64,000 nt of DNA. It comes from Pseudovirgaria hyperparasitica (lineage: Eukaryota). Under the pieces are notes generated by a model. The model did not search any database and was not told the DNA's origin. It saw only the letters and a program-made list of their open reading frames with translations. Each line of letters opens with the position of its first letter. The first letter of the stretch is position 1. The stretch is taken from the NCBI GenBank assembly GCA_010093815.1, contig ML996568.1; one strand, given 5' to 3'. Of this stretch, positions 35,604-48,446 are shown piece by piece. Both the position numbers and the translations under genes were made by a program.

Positions 35604-38158
35604 ATGACGTCAGGTGCCAGTACTGTGTATGAGAATATCTATCGGAGCCCTGGTAGAAGAGGAGGATTATTTGATGGGAAGAGTTTCTGGGTAGCGCAGC
35701 GCTTGCCGAATCGCATGGGTTTTATACAGCTGATCAAGAGCAATGGAGGGACCATCGTATCACTCGAGATTAAAGCCGATCTGATGATAGTAGATCATAT
35801 GCGAAAGGATACAGTACCAGGGGGAATCTCCTATCGATATATCGAGAAGTCTATCAAGAACGGCCGGCTGGAGAACCCAGACGACCATGCAACAGGCCCT
35901 CCTAAAGGTTCTGCTCGTAGTATAGGCTCGCTACAACCCAAGAGATCTGTACGAACTCCCTTTTCCGCCGCAGATGATCTTGAATTATATACGTGGGTCA
36001 AAGACTATGAGAATCGAACCCCTGGCGCTCCGGTGATGGGCAACGAAATATACAAGCAGCTTGAGCAGAAGGTATGGTCGGTACAGTGCACATACTGGGA
36101 GAAATGCTAAGCTGGTAGAACTCAAGACATACGTGGCAATCGTGGCGAGATCGATATGTTAAGCAGTTGATGCATAGACCTCCCGTAGGCTACAACGTGC
36201 CGGAGAGGTCACTGTCACCAGTGGAAGCAATCACCGTCGAACATGAGACTGAGAGTCTAAGAAACATTCCCAGAGACAGGTCACACAGAGTGAACCCGAA
36301 ACCGAAAGCCAATGGTATAGTGAAACCTAGAGCAGAAGAGCAGATCGTTAATAGCAATTCCTTTGATTCATTCGATGAAGAGGAATATGGAAAGTTGTAT
36401 CTCAACACCGGATATATGAAAAGTCTAGCATATGGACTTGTCAGAGATCTTGCAAATTGGAACAGCTGGGCGGAACACTCAACACATACCGGGATCCAAT
36501 GGCGGAACTACTGGGAGCAGATTGTGCAGCCTGATTGGGAGCAAGACGGACAGGACGGCACGCGTGAGGCAAAGCTCATGAAATACAAAGCCCTAGACAA
36601 TCAAGCCCAGGACGAAGAGAGGTTACAATTCAAAGTACATACAGAGCAGTCCTCGAACGAAGTGAGCAGTCCATCGCCCGCCCAACATACGTCACCGATA
36701 TTGCGTCAGAAGTCGGTACGTCCCCAGAATACAGTTCATGATGGCCAGATCGTGCAACGACCTGCAGGATATACAGGCAAAGCGAAAGCTGAAGAAACCG
36801 CTCACGCTAGCCGGACTGAAGAGGAAACTTTGGACACAGACAGTCTCGAACAAGGACAAGAACAAGAACAAGAACAAGATGAGGGAATACGTAGCGCTGT
36901 GTGTTATCTACCTCGGCCTATGGCATACTTTGCTAATACTTCTTAGTCTCGTAAGCGACGCTCGTCAGAAACAGAACCACATGACGATGTTCCAGAAACC
37001 CAGTCACAGGAACAACAGCCCTCCCCAAAGCGGATGCGAATAGGGACGACTGAGGCGCAAGTCATGGACCTGGAAATTGAGGATGCTACTAATGCAGCGT
37101 CACAAGTTTCACAGGCGTCAGTTATTATCGAACTTTCATCCAGTGATGAAGACGAGGGAGATGTTGATGAGGTCCTCATACGACCTCTCCCTGAGGCAGT
37201 TGAACAGGGTCAGCATATGCGCTTCGTGACCACTACTGGTGCAGAGACGCGTCAAACTTTACCAGGCATACGCCAGCCATTGACGGATACGTTGACTGAC
37301 GGATTTCCAGACATAGATACTAGTATGGGCACCAGTACGGCTTTAGTGTCTCAAATCGGAGAGACAGTGCGCGAAGATATCGTAGAGCCCACTCAAGACA
37401 ACCTCAGTCCTATCGATCTAGCTAGTCTGATCGCTGATGAAGATGTCGATGACATCAGCAACGAATCGGCCTCGGAACGTCAGCAGTCTAAACAAGAACT
37501 ATACTCCAATATTTATCCAGATGATGATGCACATGAGCGTGACACACCCCTTCATCTTACAGAAGACTCTTCCCAGGAAAGCGCAACGCTCCTAGCTCTA
37601 CCACCTCCTGAAGGTGGCTGGGAAACAGACGAAGAGTCTGTTAGTGCCAGTAGCCAAGGATCGACGCCGACACATGGACAAGCTCGACCAGTCTTGTATG
37701 ACACACAAGCCATTCTTCAGACGGAATCGCAGCATGTTGATCTTGGCATCCCGGAGCCACTCAACATGTCTGACGATGAAGAGGATTCTAATGATGTTGG
37801 ACCTAGCCAGAGTCGAACCGCGCGGGAAACGTCTATAGCTACGGATGCTTCTGAAATAGCGCTGGACGCGAAGGGTATCCGAGAGATGGCGTGCGAGATC
37901 AGAAGACAAGGACATGGCCACGATACGATGATGGAAATCTTCAGATGCACGTCGAATTATCGGCGACTGGTCAGACTGGTCTTGGCCAGCTTCAAGGAAG
38001 GGAAGGGCATTCCCGACGACATACCTGGCATATGGACTACAGAGGACGACGAGGCATTGGAGAGTACAGATATTCGTGATTTGGAGCGAGTAGAGGAGAA
38101 GCATGGATCAGGTAGAGTCGAGGAGAGGATGGAATTCCTGAGGCATTATAGGAGATAG
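35604..38158 (+). CDS. RAP1: Telomere-associated protein Rap1 (BRCT, Myb, RCT domains)
   Basis: BRCT LFDGKSFWVAQRLP...IKSNGG. Myb RTPFSAADDLELY...GNEIYKQLEQK|NSRHTWQSWRDRYVK. RCT GKGIPDDIPGIWTTEDDEALE...KHG...ERMEFL. Second intron 36899-36946. Confidence 0.92.
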
Positions 38159-38614
38159 CTGATATCGAGATATTAAGCTGAAGTACCTACAGCAATTTAT
38201 AAGACGGCATAGTAGACCGCGCCCAACAATTACGTGCAGCACCCCCTAGAGCCCTTCCCGCCACGTGTTAACGTGTTGTTGTATCATTGGAGCAAAGGAG
38301 GCTTCAAGATCTTTCATTCTGCGGGACATAATGCTGTGCATGACGATACGCAGCTACGGAGTGAGATATGATTCCGAACTAGGTAATTACACAAGCAGGA
38401 TGAACTAGGGAGCGGGCAGCGGGGATGTGGGGACTTATCGTTCTCGACGAGTGCGTCAGGGTACCCAGAATCGCGCAATACACTTTTTTTATGCACTTTT
38501 ATCACGGCGACTTCTGCTTCACCCACCCTGCTTTGTCGCCTCTTTCCAACCACCACCCATTCCATAACTACGCCAGTTTCATATTAATACAGACAGATTT
38601 GGGAAACAGACACA

Positions 38615-39629
38615 ATGGCTACAACGCAAATCCCAAATGTTTACAACGGTCCGTGTAGCTCCAACTCCCCCTTCTCTGAATATCTTTAGATTTCTCGACG
38701 TCGCCTCCTGATATCTGCTAGATCCGGTCCGCATAGCTGTAATCGGTGGCACTGGCCTGCAATCACTCCCCAATTTCACCCACGTCGCTACCCTCACCGT
38801 CCCCACGCCATGGGGCATGCCCTCAGCTCCGATCACCATCCTCCATCACCCGTCCCCAACCACCGGTGCCCCTATCCCAATCGCCTTTCTCTCGCGCCAC
38901 GGCACGCACCACGAATATGCGCCCCACGAAGTCCCCGCTCGCGCTAACATCGCGGCCCTGCGTAGCATCGGCGTACGCACCGTCATTGCATTCAGTGCTG
39001 TCGGCTCGCTGCAAGAGGAAGTCAAGCCCCGGGATTTCGTTTTGCCAGACCAGATTATTGATCGCACCAAAGGTATTCGCCCATTTACATTCTTTGAAGG
39101 CGGAGTTGTGGGCCATGTTGGATTTGGAGACCCTTTCGACGCAGGCCTGGCAAAGATTATAAGTAAATGCGGACACAGTCTCGAGGGCGAGGGCGTGGTG
39201 CTCCATGACAAAGCTGTGCTGGTCTGCATGGAAGGTCCGCAATTCAGCACGCGTGCCGAGAGCAATCTATACCGAACCTGGGGCGGAAGTGTAATCAACA
39301 TGAGTGCGTTGCCAGAAGCTAAGTTGGCGCGCGAAGCCGAGATGGGGTATCAAATGATCTGCATGGCGACAGACTATGACTGCTGGCGGAACACAGGTGA
39401 GGATGTCAACGTGGAGATGGTGATGGGACATATGAAAGCCAATAGCGAGAATGCGCGGCGTTTTGTGGGCGCGGTGCTGGATGAGCTGAGTAAGGAGGAG
39501 CATCAAGAGCAAGTGTCGGCGAAGCATGTCGAGGGGCAGGTTCATTTTGCGCTTTCGACGAGCAAGGAAGGGAGGAAGAAGGAGGCGTTGGAGAAGCTGA
39601 ACTGGCTGTTTCCGGGGACGTTCCAATGA
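38615..39629 (+). CDS. MEU1: S-methyl-5'-thioadenosine phosphorylase
   Basis: Intron 38649-38721. Motifs IAVIGGTGL, FLSRHG, ANIAALRSIG, AVGSLQEE, MEGPQFSTRAES, INMSALPEAKLAREAE, ATDYDCW. Confidence 0.96.
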
Positions 39630-39759
39630 GGACGAATAGCCTAGGAGGGTTGTCGAAAACGATAGACAGTGTGCAGGCTCGTCAGCCGCGGCCGAATTCA
39701 ACGACGATAGATACGTGCATTGGAGGCGGAAAGCGGTATCAATTCCTTGACTACTGCAC

Positions 39760-40877
39760 TCACGCTCGCTGGTTGTGTAGTGGCATTCGCTCATGGTCCT
39801 CCTCGTCCAGAGACTCTAATTCAAACTCACTTGCCGCAGCTACTCTTGATTCTTCATCGTCCCTTCTTTTACCATAGCCCTTCTCCTCTGCATCATCAAG
39901 TCGGTTCGGGTATGGTACATCGCAGCGCGAAGACCTTAACGGGGGATAATATCTCCGATATGTAAAGAGTGCCACCAACATTCCGATCAGAGATCCAGTT
40001 GTTACGTCATATACGTCATGTCTATAATCCTCACATCTGGATATGGCGATCATCGCCGCGCCAAGTAAGGGCCCGAGAGCCAACAACACTCGAGCAAGAT
40101 CGGTTCGTGGTCTGAACACATGGCATTGCCCGGCAATAAAAAGGGCGAGATACCCAAGACCAGCGAACGCGAAGCTCGAATGTCCAGATGGAAACGATCG
40201 CCATCCATCATGCAGCGTATGATGATCCTCTTGTGTACATATCTCAAAGGTGACGAGCTGGTGTTGAGGTGTATCTTGTTTCTGCTAATTCCGTCAGCAA
40301 TTGTATTCTCTACCGTTTCAATCTTTAGGGAGAGTACCGGCTGACACCGGTCAATGAGGTCCGGTCGAGGTCGTCCAACCGCATTTTTGATCACATCCGT
40401 GATGAAGGACGTAAGTATTAGACTGATAAATAGCCCCAATATTGATACATGTGATTTATGTCCTCCTGGGCGGGATATTGCTGCCCATGCGACCAGTACT
40501 CCTAATGGAACGGCACCTGCATATACAAATAGCCATGTCACAGACACACGCTCGACTAGAGCATGTGGATATTGGATGGCGATATTATCGAGGGAGAACA
40601 TGCGATGGAAAGGCTCGACAAAGAGGACGATCTGTATGGCGTGAGTGAGGTATTCCGAGCTGGGCGTAGTATAACAGTATGTCGAAAGCACGTACAAGTA
40701 GATATGCAACGATGAGCAGAGCGAGGCCGACATAGTCACTCGCATAGGACCGCTGGGCAAATCAGTATCGTTCTAGTAGTTCTGCACCGTGTTCCGTACC
40801 TGCCAAAATCTCACGACTGATCCTTGATATCCGGTCCTTTGAACGGACGACGCGCGTACGTTTGCTAAGGTTGACAT
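39760..40877 (-). CDS. DPP1: PAP2-family lipid phosphate phosphatase (Dpp1-like)
   Basis: All three PAP2 motifs are present after splicing: KNAVGRPRP, SFPSGH and SRCEDYRHDVYD. Three introns. Confidence 0.9.
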
Positions 40878-41204
40878 TTATTCGATTGACGGCCGATAGG
40901 AGCCTGGCTAGTCCAGCTAGCAAGATTGCCAAAAAATTATTGAGGAGAAGTGTTAACGGATTGAATACGATAATGGCGTCAGCCCTGCACTGAAATATAC
41001 AATAAATCCGGTGGATACATCTATTAATTAGCCAATTAGTGGTGCCACTCGCCCAAACGCGTCCACGTTCGCGTCCAAGCTCCGGTCCGTCCGGGGGGTG
41101 CCCGCGCGCCCACATAAGGTTGTCTCATTCACCTTGAAGGCGTCAAGTGCAACCACCTCAGAGACGACTGCCCAAAACAAAACAACACACGATATAGTAG
41201 ATCC

Positions 41205-42030
41205 ATGGCCAATCAAGATGAGATCATGAGCCATGCTGCTCTGTTTCCACCGCCACCACCATTCTGGAAGAACTTCACGACTGAGAACCTCACCAACCTG
41301 AGACAGCTCAAAGAAGCCGCCGGCATCAAGTCTACCGCGGAGAGTAGCAAGCAGTCTGAGCTGGAAGCCACTCAGCTTCTCCAGCTTCCGTCAGAACTGC
41401 GCGCTCTGGTTCCTCCAAGACCACCAACAGAAGGTAAATTCAGTGTATTCGGCGAAGTACATAATGTGAGACCTCAACCAAGCGTCTAGCCCAAGATCTG
41501 CTTTTCTGATACTCGTATAGATCAACGAAGCTTCTCCTGCATTCGAGGAAGATGAAGGATACGAACGACTCTATCCCAGTATCGAAGCAGATGCCATTTT
41601 CTCAGGGTCAGACGGGACGATCGACCGTGCGAAGTCTCTCAAACAGCTGGCACATAGCCTGATCGTGAAGTTTGTCGAGCTTTTAGGCGTGCTCTCCGTC
41701 GATCCTGAACAATGGAAAGACAGGATCCATCAAATACACCTCATGATCGTCAATATGCACCAGCTCATCAATGAATACCGTCCGCACCAAGCTCGCGAAT
41801 CGCTCATAACGATGATGGAGGATCAGCTAGAGAAAAAAAGAGCTGAGGTTGAAGGTATCAAGAGAATGGGAGAAAAGATAAATCGTACTTTGGTGAACCT
41901 GGGGCATGAGGGTTTGGAAAGTGCAAGTAAACGTGACTTCAGGCTGTTAACGCCTCCTAGTCTAGATGACAAGAGAAGAGCCATGCAGAGAAATATATGG
42001 AACGTATTGGCCGAAGAACTTGACGACTAA
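41205..42030 (+). CDS. MED7: Mediator subunit Med7
   Basis: FPPPPPFWKNFT, LVPPRPP, NMHQLINEYRPHQARESLITMMEDQ. Intron 41466-41520. Confidence 0.95.
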
Positions 42031-44443
42031 GAACGAGACACTGTCCTGGGTTTTTGGTAGCGAACGGATCACAAAGCTCACGAATGAAGACAAGGATGCC
42101 CCGAAAATCAACTACCGAAGTCAAACCTTGGACTGTTCAAAGGGAAGTTGAGAAGCGTCCTGATTGACAAGTGCAGGGGATCAGATGCATCTTCTCTTCC
42201 TACTCAAATGGAACCTGGGATGCCGTTCTGCTGTGGAGTCGTAAGCTTGTAGCATGACGAATGTTGGAATCCGTTAGGCTGCTCTGACCCTGTGAGGAGC
42301 CACAGAACTCGAGTCTACGATAGGAACGCGCGGTAATATATCTCGATGCATCGGCGCAACGGCACACGTAGAGGCGGCCATGGAGCAGTCTATATTGCTG
42401 TACAATAGCCAGATACACGTATTTGGCGTGGAACCACGATTTTGAGGCGCCGGCCGGATCGCAGATTGCAGATTGCATACTGGCTAGATGCTGGCTAGCC
42501 GGAGTTGGCTTTCATGAGAGGTCCTCTGCCATCTTATCGACCTCATATGATCTCTTCGCCCTGGCATGCGCCTGCAGCAGCCAGCGCACTGGCATTTCTA
42601 CGAAGCTGTCGTGCTCTCGATTCGCTCCACGTTCTTCCATTCACATCATATTCCTCTGGCTAGTCCCATCAGTCTGTACACTCTACGATAGATCAGTGTT
42701 CTATTGACGATGTTCGGCATATCACGCGCCTCTAAAACGGGCCGGATCTGGCTATCCGCAGACTGCAACGCAAGGACTGCTGCAACTTCATCCCAATTAG
42801 GCACACTGTCGGGTATAACCGCTTAGGCGTCATACTTACTCCACGATATTTGGCTGTTGAGGCCTTTCTGCCTGCAGACCTTCGATCGCCGTAAAGGAGC
42901 GTTTCGACACGTGTCCACTATCACATCTCAAGCCCGTCTTGCAGGTACGGATCCACCTACTCCACATTGTCTACGCATCGTGGGGAAAATCAAGCCAAAC
43001 CACTCGTTTTGGTGGACGCCTTGGCCCGGTCGCAGTGCGGCGCCTCACTATGTTAATATGAAGCTGGCCGGCTGATCATGTCATCCAGTCTGACTGCTAC
43101 TCGTCCTCCTCTTGTGGTGTTCATCACTCTCACCACCCTCACCGCTATTACCTCCAGCTATTCAATGATCGCTCAGCAGTCTGGCCATTCCAGACGCCAT
43201 AGCAAGAAGCTTGGCTCCCGCTACCACCCCGGCTGCAACATAGACCTGATTCTCCAGTCTGAAGCCGCCCTCTCGAAGACACAGAAGACACCGACACCAA
43301 GCTTACGACCGTTTCCGTCATTCCTCGACCAAGATGTCCCTAAACTCAGCCTGGACACAAATCCACACAATTCACACGGAGGTAAATAAAGCGAATCGGA
43401 GTCGCCAGCACAAGAAAATCTACCGGATATACTCTCGCCGACTGGAGCTCAAGGGTTGAAGGTGCATGGAGTGCTGTCGAGTGCAATGTTTCCATCTATC
43501 CTCTGAGTTCTGAATGAAAAGTGCATATGCACAATGGTATTGGTTCAGACTTCGGCATACAGCCTGGCTCGCTCATATGTTTCATGTAATGTCATCTCGC
43601 CCCATTTCCCGCCTTTATAACCTCACCTCGCTTCATTGACATCAGCTCAGCCACTGTGTGAGATGTAGTCCATCGATGACTTTAACTTACCCCCATGTGG
43701 CCAAACCTCATGTTGAGCTTTCCTTCCCCTCTCTTTTCCCTCTACAACCACTAAGTTCTATTCGTTTGATTACAGTTGGGATCATGCGAGTCCTTTACCC
43801 CTTCATCATTCCCTTACTTCAGCCCAAAACATGACAACATTAGTAATCAAGTCATGTTTGTGCATGCACTTTTTCTGTAATTCGATATCTTATCGCAATA
43901 TGGTACGTACTGTACCTTATAACCAAAACTTAAGGGCGGTGTCTAGCACATGATAAAATCACTTACAACCATATCGATGTCCGTCTCTGAAAGAACAGGC
44001 CGAGGTGGAGAAGAATCGCCAAAAGCTCTTGTAGCACGATCTTTGTTACTCAATAATCGTCTTCAACCCTGCTGGTTTGCCTAACGACCGGCCTATCTGG
44101 CGGCTGAAATTGTGCACTCACTACACACAGGTGACGTCGAACACAAGTCTTGACCTTGAGGTCAGTAGGGTGATCTTGGCCTCCGCTCCGCCTGCACGAG
44201 ACGTTCACCGACAGTCTAGTCATGACATTTCCCCATTCCGATTTGATATGAGCTGATCACGATTGGGCAACCTGCGCAAGCTACACAATGTCTTCAAGAG
44301 CGACCCACACATACCCTGTGCTTATATGAACTCTTTGTTACTAATCTTGCGATCGAGTGGCCTGGGTATATCCCAAGTCCAAACTCATGTATATCATGAT
44401 CCCCCCCCCCAACGCCAACGCTATGCTAACAAAACGCTTCAAT

Positions 44444-45949
44444 TTACACAGGACTATCTGAGCTTGGTGGGTAGTAGTATGTCCTATCCTTCCTCACCTG
44501 TGCATCTGGAATGGCGTCGAGATTCGTCCGTATATGCCCCTGGCTGCCAGCCATGCCCGGCTCAAGCGTTGTGTGCAGCGAATTGAAGTCAAAATCCCAC
44601 TGCGAGAATGATCGCAGACTTTCCTTGTCTTGCCGCTTGAAGCTATGGTAGTCGTCGTCGTACATTTCCACCGGTGGCATCTCTGCTATTGTAGCCGGCT
44701 GATTGAATCCAGCACTCAAGCTCGCATGTTTGGGCACCAGCGAGCGCGACGAATTAGTGCTATTCCGTGCGTAACTCGCACGGCGTAGCTCCATTGGTGG
44801 GTCTACATGGCCGACATCAATGGTGTTCCTACTCTTCGACGCGAACATCCACGAGCGCACAAGCGATCCTGTCGCGCTCTTCGAGCCGTCCTTGCTTCCT
44901 TTGCTGTGCTCGGCGATGACGGTGATGAAGATGCTGCGCATCATCATCACAGAGCCCATGAAGACGGCAAGGTTGGTCTCGATGTGTTGCCAGAAGGCTT
45001 GCCAGGTGGTGTCGAAGTCGTGCTTGTTGCGGATGCTGACATAGTCGGCGCCGGCGACGCGGATCAGCGCAATGATGATCATGGTAATTGATAGGCATAG
45101 GAATGCGGCGATGGCGAGCTTTTGTTTCTTGGCCATGCGGGCTTTGCGGAGGACGAGGATGGGGATGGCGACGACTATGCAATACGTCAGTGACTTATGT
45201 GCTTAGGGGTCGTTTTCTGCAAGGCGTACTCATGGCATCGCTGATGATGTCCAGACATGCCGCTATTGTGTTTGCAGCAATACTAATGGCTCGGGGGCTA
45301 TCTGGGAAGCATTTCCCTTGACATTGTCAGTTGTGGAGCAACTGAGCCGGTTCGCACGTATACTCACTTCGATCGTCGCCAAAGTAAGGACATAGAATGA
45401 AGCTTTGGCTTAAGCAGAAACCATAACAAAGAAACACGAGTACAGCTGTAGCCCAATAGAAGCGCGTGATATGGCGCGATACACCATGAACGAGGTCCTT
45501 GAAAAAGGCCAGGAAAGAAAACTTGATTGTGCAAATAGCCGTCCATGACAGAGACAAGACGATATGCCTCCAATACACGCCATTAAGTAGAGGGGCCCGC
45601 TCTTCTGGTGTTGGCACGATACCATACACATTAATGGCTTCCACAAGAAAGATAGTTTCCACGAAGTAGAACATGGTCACGTTCATGGCCATCGCCGTGG
45701 AGGTTGCGAAGATTATCAGATAGTCGTCCAAGGAGAACCTATGTCGGACTCGTAACCTCAAAACTAGACGCATCATCGCAGCGAATGTGCCGAGCGCACA
45801 CGTTACCCACAAAGTTACCTGAACAACAATTAGCATACTAAGTCATAGCTAAATCTAGGATTTCCTTATACCACGAATGGTACTTTGTCAATGCGGCCGG
45901 CATGATCTATCAGACTCTGCCTTGCAGGTGTCGTAGGAGGAACTAGCAT
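44444..45949 (-). CDS. PTH11-like integral membrane protein (fungal rhodopsin domain, no CFEM domain)
   Basis: Four exons join in frame from ATG 45949. Motifs RLVLRLRVRHRFSLDDYL, WTAICTIKFSFLAFFKDL, LDIISDAMIVAIPILVL...KQKLAIAAFLCLS, WQHIETNLAVF. About 7 hydrophobic segments. Confidence 0.87.
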
Positions 45950-47610
45950 AATGAGAGACGGGATATCAAAAAGTGCCGTTGGATCTAAGCAGACCCGAGG
46001 GAGCAACATTACAATTTGTACGGCATTGCAGTCAAGCTCACAGCGTCGCTAGCAGGGGAGGGAGTGCAGTGCAACGAACTCGCATGCACACGCGGAGTGA
46101 TCCAAAGCTGGACTGCAAGCTATTACCGATCGTGCCATCACCACCAATGATGTGGGCGGCATGTTGTTGTTTGTGTTGGTCCTGGAGTGACTAGCCACAC
46201 TGGTGTAGATATGGATTGGAAAGACGTCCTGTCGACGGGGCCGAACTAGTGGATGAACTTGTGATCCCAGTAAACGGCCTACCTTATTAATCCTACCGGC
46301 GTCCTTTCACTTGTCAGGTTCTAGCTAGCCCGCATGAGTGGTATAGAATGCACAAGGTTGCTAGATAGACGTGGGCGGGCACCAACACCGAAGCAGCTCG
46401 GCCAGACTTCATCTACTTTGCCCTCGTCTATCCTGGTCGTTGGAGGGGCGGGTCGTCATGTTGGACTACAAATAGAAAAACTGAGATTCCAACGCTGACG
46501 TCCATCCAACAACATAAATCTCATGAGAGTGTTGATCATAGCTCTTTTCAGGCGTTTGGACTCCTTGGGTCGGCGACCTGCCGGGCCGGCGCGTGTGGGT
46601 TTGGGGGGCTGCGCTGCAGATAATGGATGGCACTGCGTCATATCTCTGGCCAAAACGTGGTGGACTGCAGCTCTACTACCGGCCACTTCAAGTCATGGCA
46701 AAGACTAGTGTTGATGCAAAGTCATTGAAGAAAGTCGAGATTCCTCGGGATTTGACGTTTGTTTTGCCCCTTTGTAATCTGCAGACAAAAGCCGCTAACA
46801 CTCTTTGTAAAGCAGTAACATCTGAACAGACGGCGAACCAGCAATGTCGCCAATGCTCAGATCAACGATATCTACGAAGCTAGCAGATTGCGTGATCACC
46901 TGGAGATAGTGAATCCGATGAAATCGATGGATCGCGAGCGGTGGTTCTCCCCACGTCACGGGCGATGTCCAAAGCTTCGCTGGGCCACATTGTTCCACAT
47001 CCTGGACTCCTGTTGCGACTCTGCATCCAAGCTTGGAAATCTCACAAGCACTAGGAAGCGATCGGAATCTCAGCTCCGCACACTGATTCAGACCATGGAT
47101 CGCTCTCGTACTCGTCTCGGGTTTCAATATACCAGTCACGTGACCATACTCGAAGAGCAGATTAATTCTTGCTACAATCCAGAGATCGTAATAACAGTGG
47201 ATTCACATGATATTATCGTACCACATCATTTATATCTTTTTGACAAGTATCGATGCGATACTACGGTACGGGTGTTGCGCAAAGTTTATTCCTCGGGTAT
47301 GAAACGGTTCAGTGTTTTGAAAATCTGGAAATACTTGATTGATGATATACCCAAGCTACCAAGATCTCATCGTGTGACCGTTCATGACTGGGCTATCATT
47401 TCAGTGCTACAGCTTTACATCCCATTGTTACAGGTTAATCCCAATGCTAGAGTGTGTAGTGTGTTAGCTTGGAGGTGGCAATTATTACGAGGAACCTAAA
47501 CCGCGTCTACGAATGGCACGGGAGAGAAAGATTAACCTTCGATGGTGAAATGTGTCGTGCTTAGCCTCTTTATGCAGAAAATGGTTCCTGACAATGTCGT
47601 GGATTCGACA

Positions 47611-47618
47611 TATATAAA
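47611..47618 (+). promoter_or_regulatory. TATA box upstream of the Kex2-processed repeat gene
   Basis: TATATAAA about 200 bp before ATG 47817, followed by a pyrimidine-rich leader and caaaATG context. Confidence 0.55.
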
Positions 47619-47816
47619 GGTCTTGGATTGCACACATATAGCATAATTCATCACCATCGATCATCCTACTCTCATTACATTCAGACGCTCCCTTTGTGCC
47701 GGTCACTACGTTCTTTACATTGAATCAGTCTCTCTCTCTCTCAAAACTCCAGTTTTTCATTTCATCTGAACATTTCCCGAGCTTTTTATCTCAAACCAAT
47801 CTATCAATCAATCAAA

Positions 47817-48446
47817 ATGAAGACCGGCGCCTTCGTTGCATCTTTCGCGCTGCTTGCCAGCTCTGTTATCGCCCTTCCGACATTCAAGCAGGCCGACTTG
47901 GGCTCTATCATTGCTGCTCTTGATCAGGTCAGCCCGGCCGATGCGGCTGCCGTTCAGCACGGGGCGGGAGCCACCAACAGCAAGCGCCAGGCCGATATCA
48001 CCTCCTTCCTGACTGCTCTGCTCCCGGAGGGCACTGATGACTTGCCCGTACCAGGTGCTCATGGGAACTCGAAGCGACAGCTTGATCAGCTTCTTAGTGG
48101 GCTGGGTGGGCTCGGTGGACAGGGCAACGGAGGAGCGGGCGGTATTGGAGATATCGGCCAGCTTCTGAGTGGCCTTGTTGGAGGCAACAGTGGTGGTGCT
48201 GGAGGTCTTGGTGAACTCCTGAAGGGTCTTGGTGGGGGCAACGGTGATGCTGCCGGAGGTCTCACTCAGCTTTTGAGCGGCCTTGGTGGAGGCAATGGAG
48301 AGGGTGCTGGAGGTCTCAGTCAACTTCTGAGCGGCCTTGGGGGTGCCGGCGGTCTTGGTGAACTTCTGAAGGGAATTGGTGGAGGCGCAGTTGGCGGTGG
48401 AAAGGACGAAGGTGCCGGCACAGGCTATCAGGCCGAGAAGATCTAG
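47817..48446 (+). CDS. Secreted Gly/Leu-rich repeat protein with Kex2 (KR) sites; candidate peptide precursor
   Basis: Signal peptide MKTGAFVASFALLASSVIA, two NSKR|Q sites, six (Q/E)LL(S/K)G(L/I) repeats. Intronless with a strong start context. Confidence 0.85.
   Translation: MKTGAFVASFALLASSVIALPTFKQADLGSIIAALDQVSPADAAAVQHGAGATNSKRQADITSFLTALLPEGTDDLPVPGAHGNSKRQLDQLLSGLGGLGGQGNGGAGGIGDIGQLLSGLVGGNSGGAGGLGELLKGLGGGNGDAAGGLTQLLSGLGGGNGEGAGGLSQLLSGLGGAGGLGELLKGIGGGAVGGGKDEGAGTGYQAEKI

Noticed and set aside
42700..43400. Possible small gene or gene relic (ORF 43078-43389)
   Set aside because: No recognisable domain and no consistent exon chain could be built.
46888..47499. 203-aa ORF upstream of the peptide precursor
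   Set aside because: GTG start, no recognisable motif, no codon bias, and it lies in a probable promoter region.
47817..48446. Dikaritin-type cyclic RiPP gene cluster
   Set aside because: No DUF3328/UstYa oxidase, tyrosinase or other tailoring gene in the window, and the repeats lack aromatic core residues.
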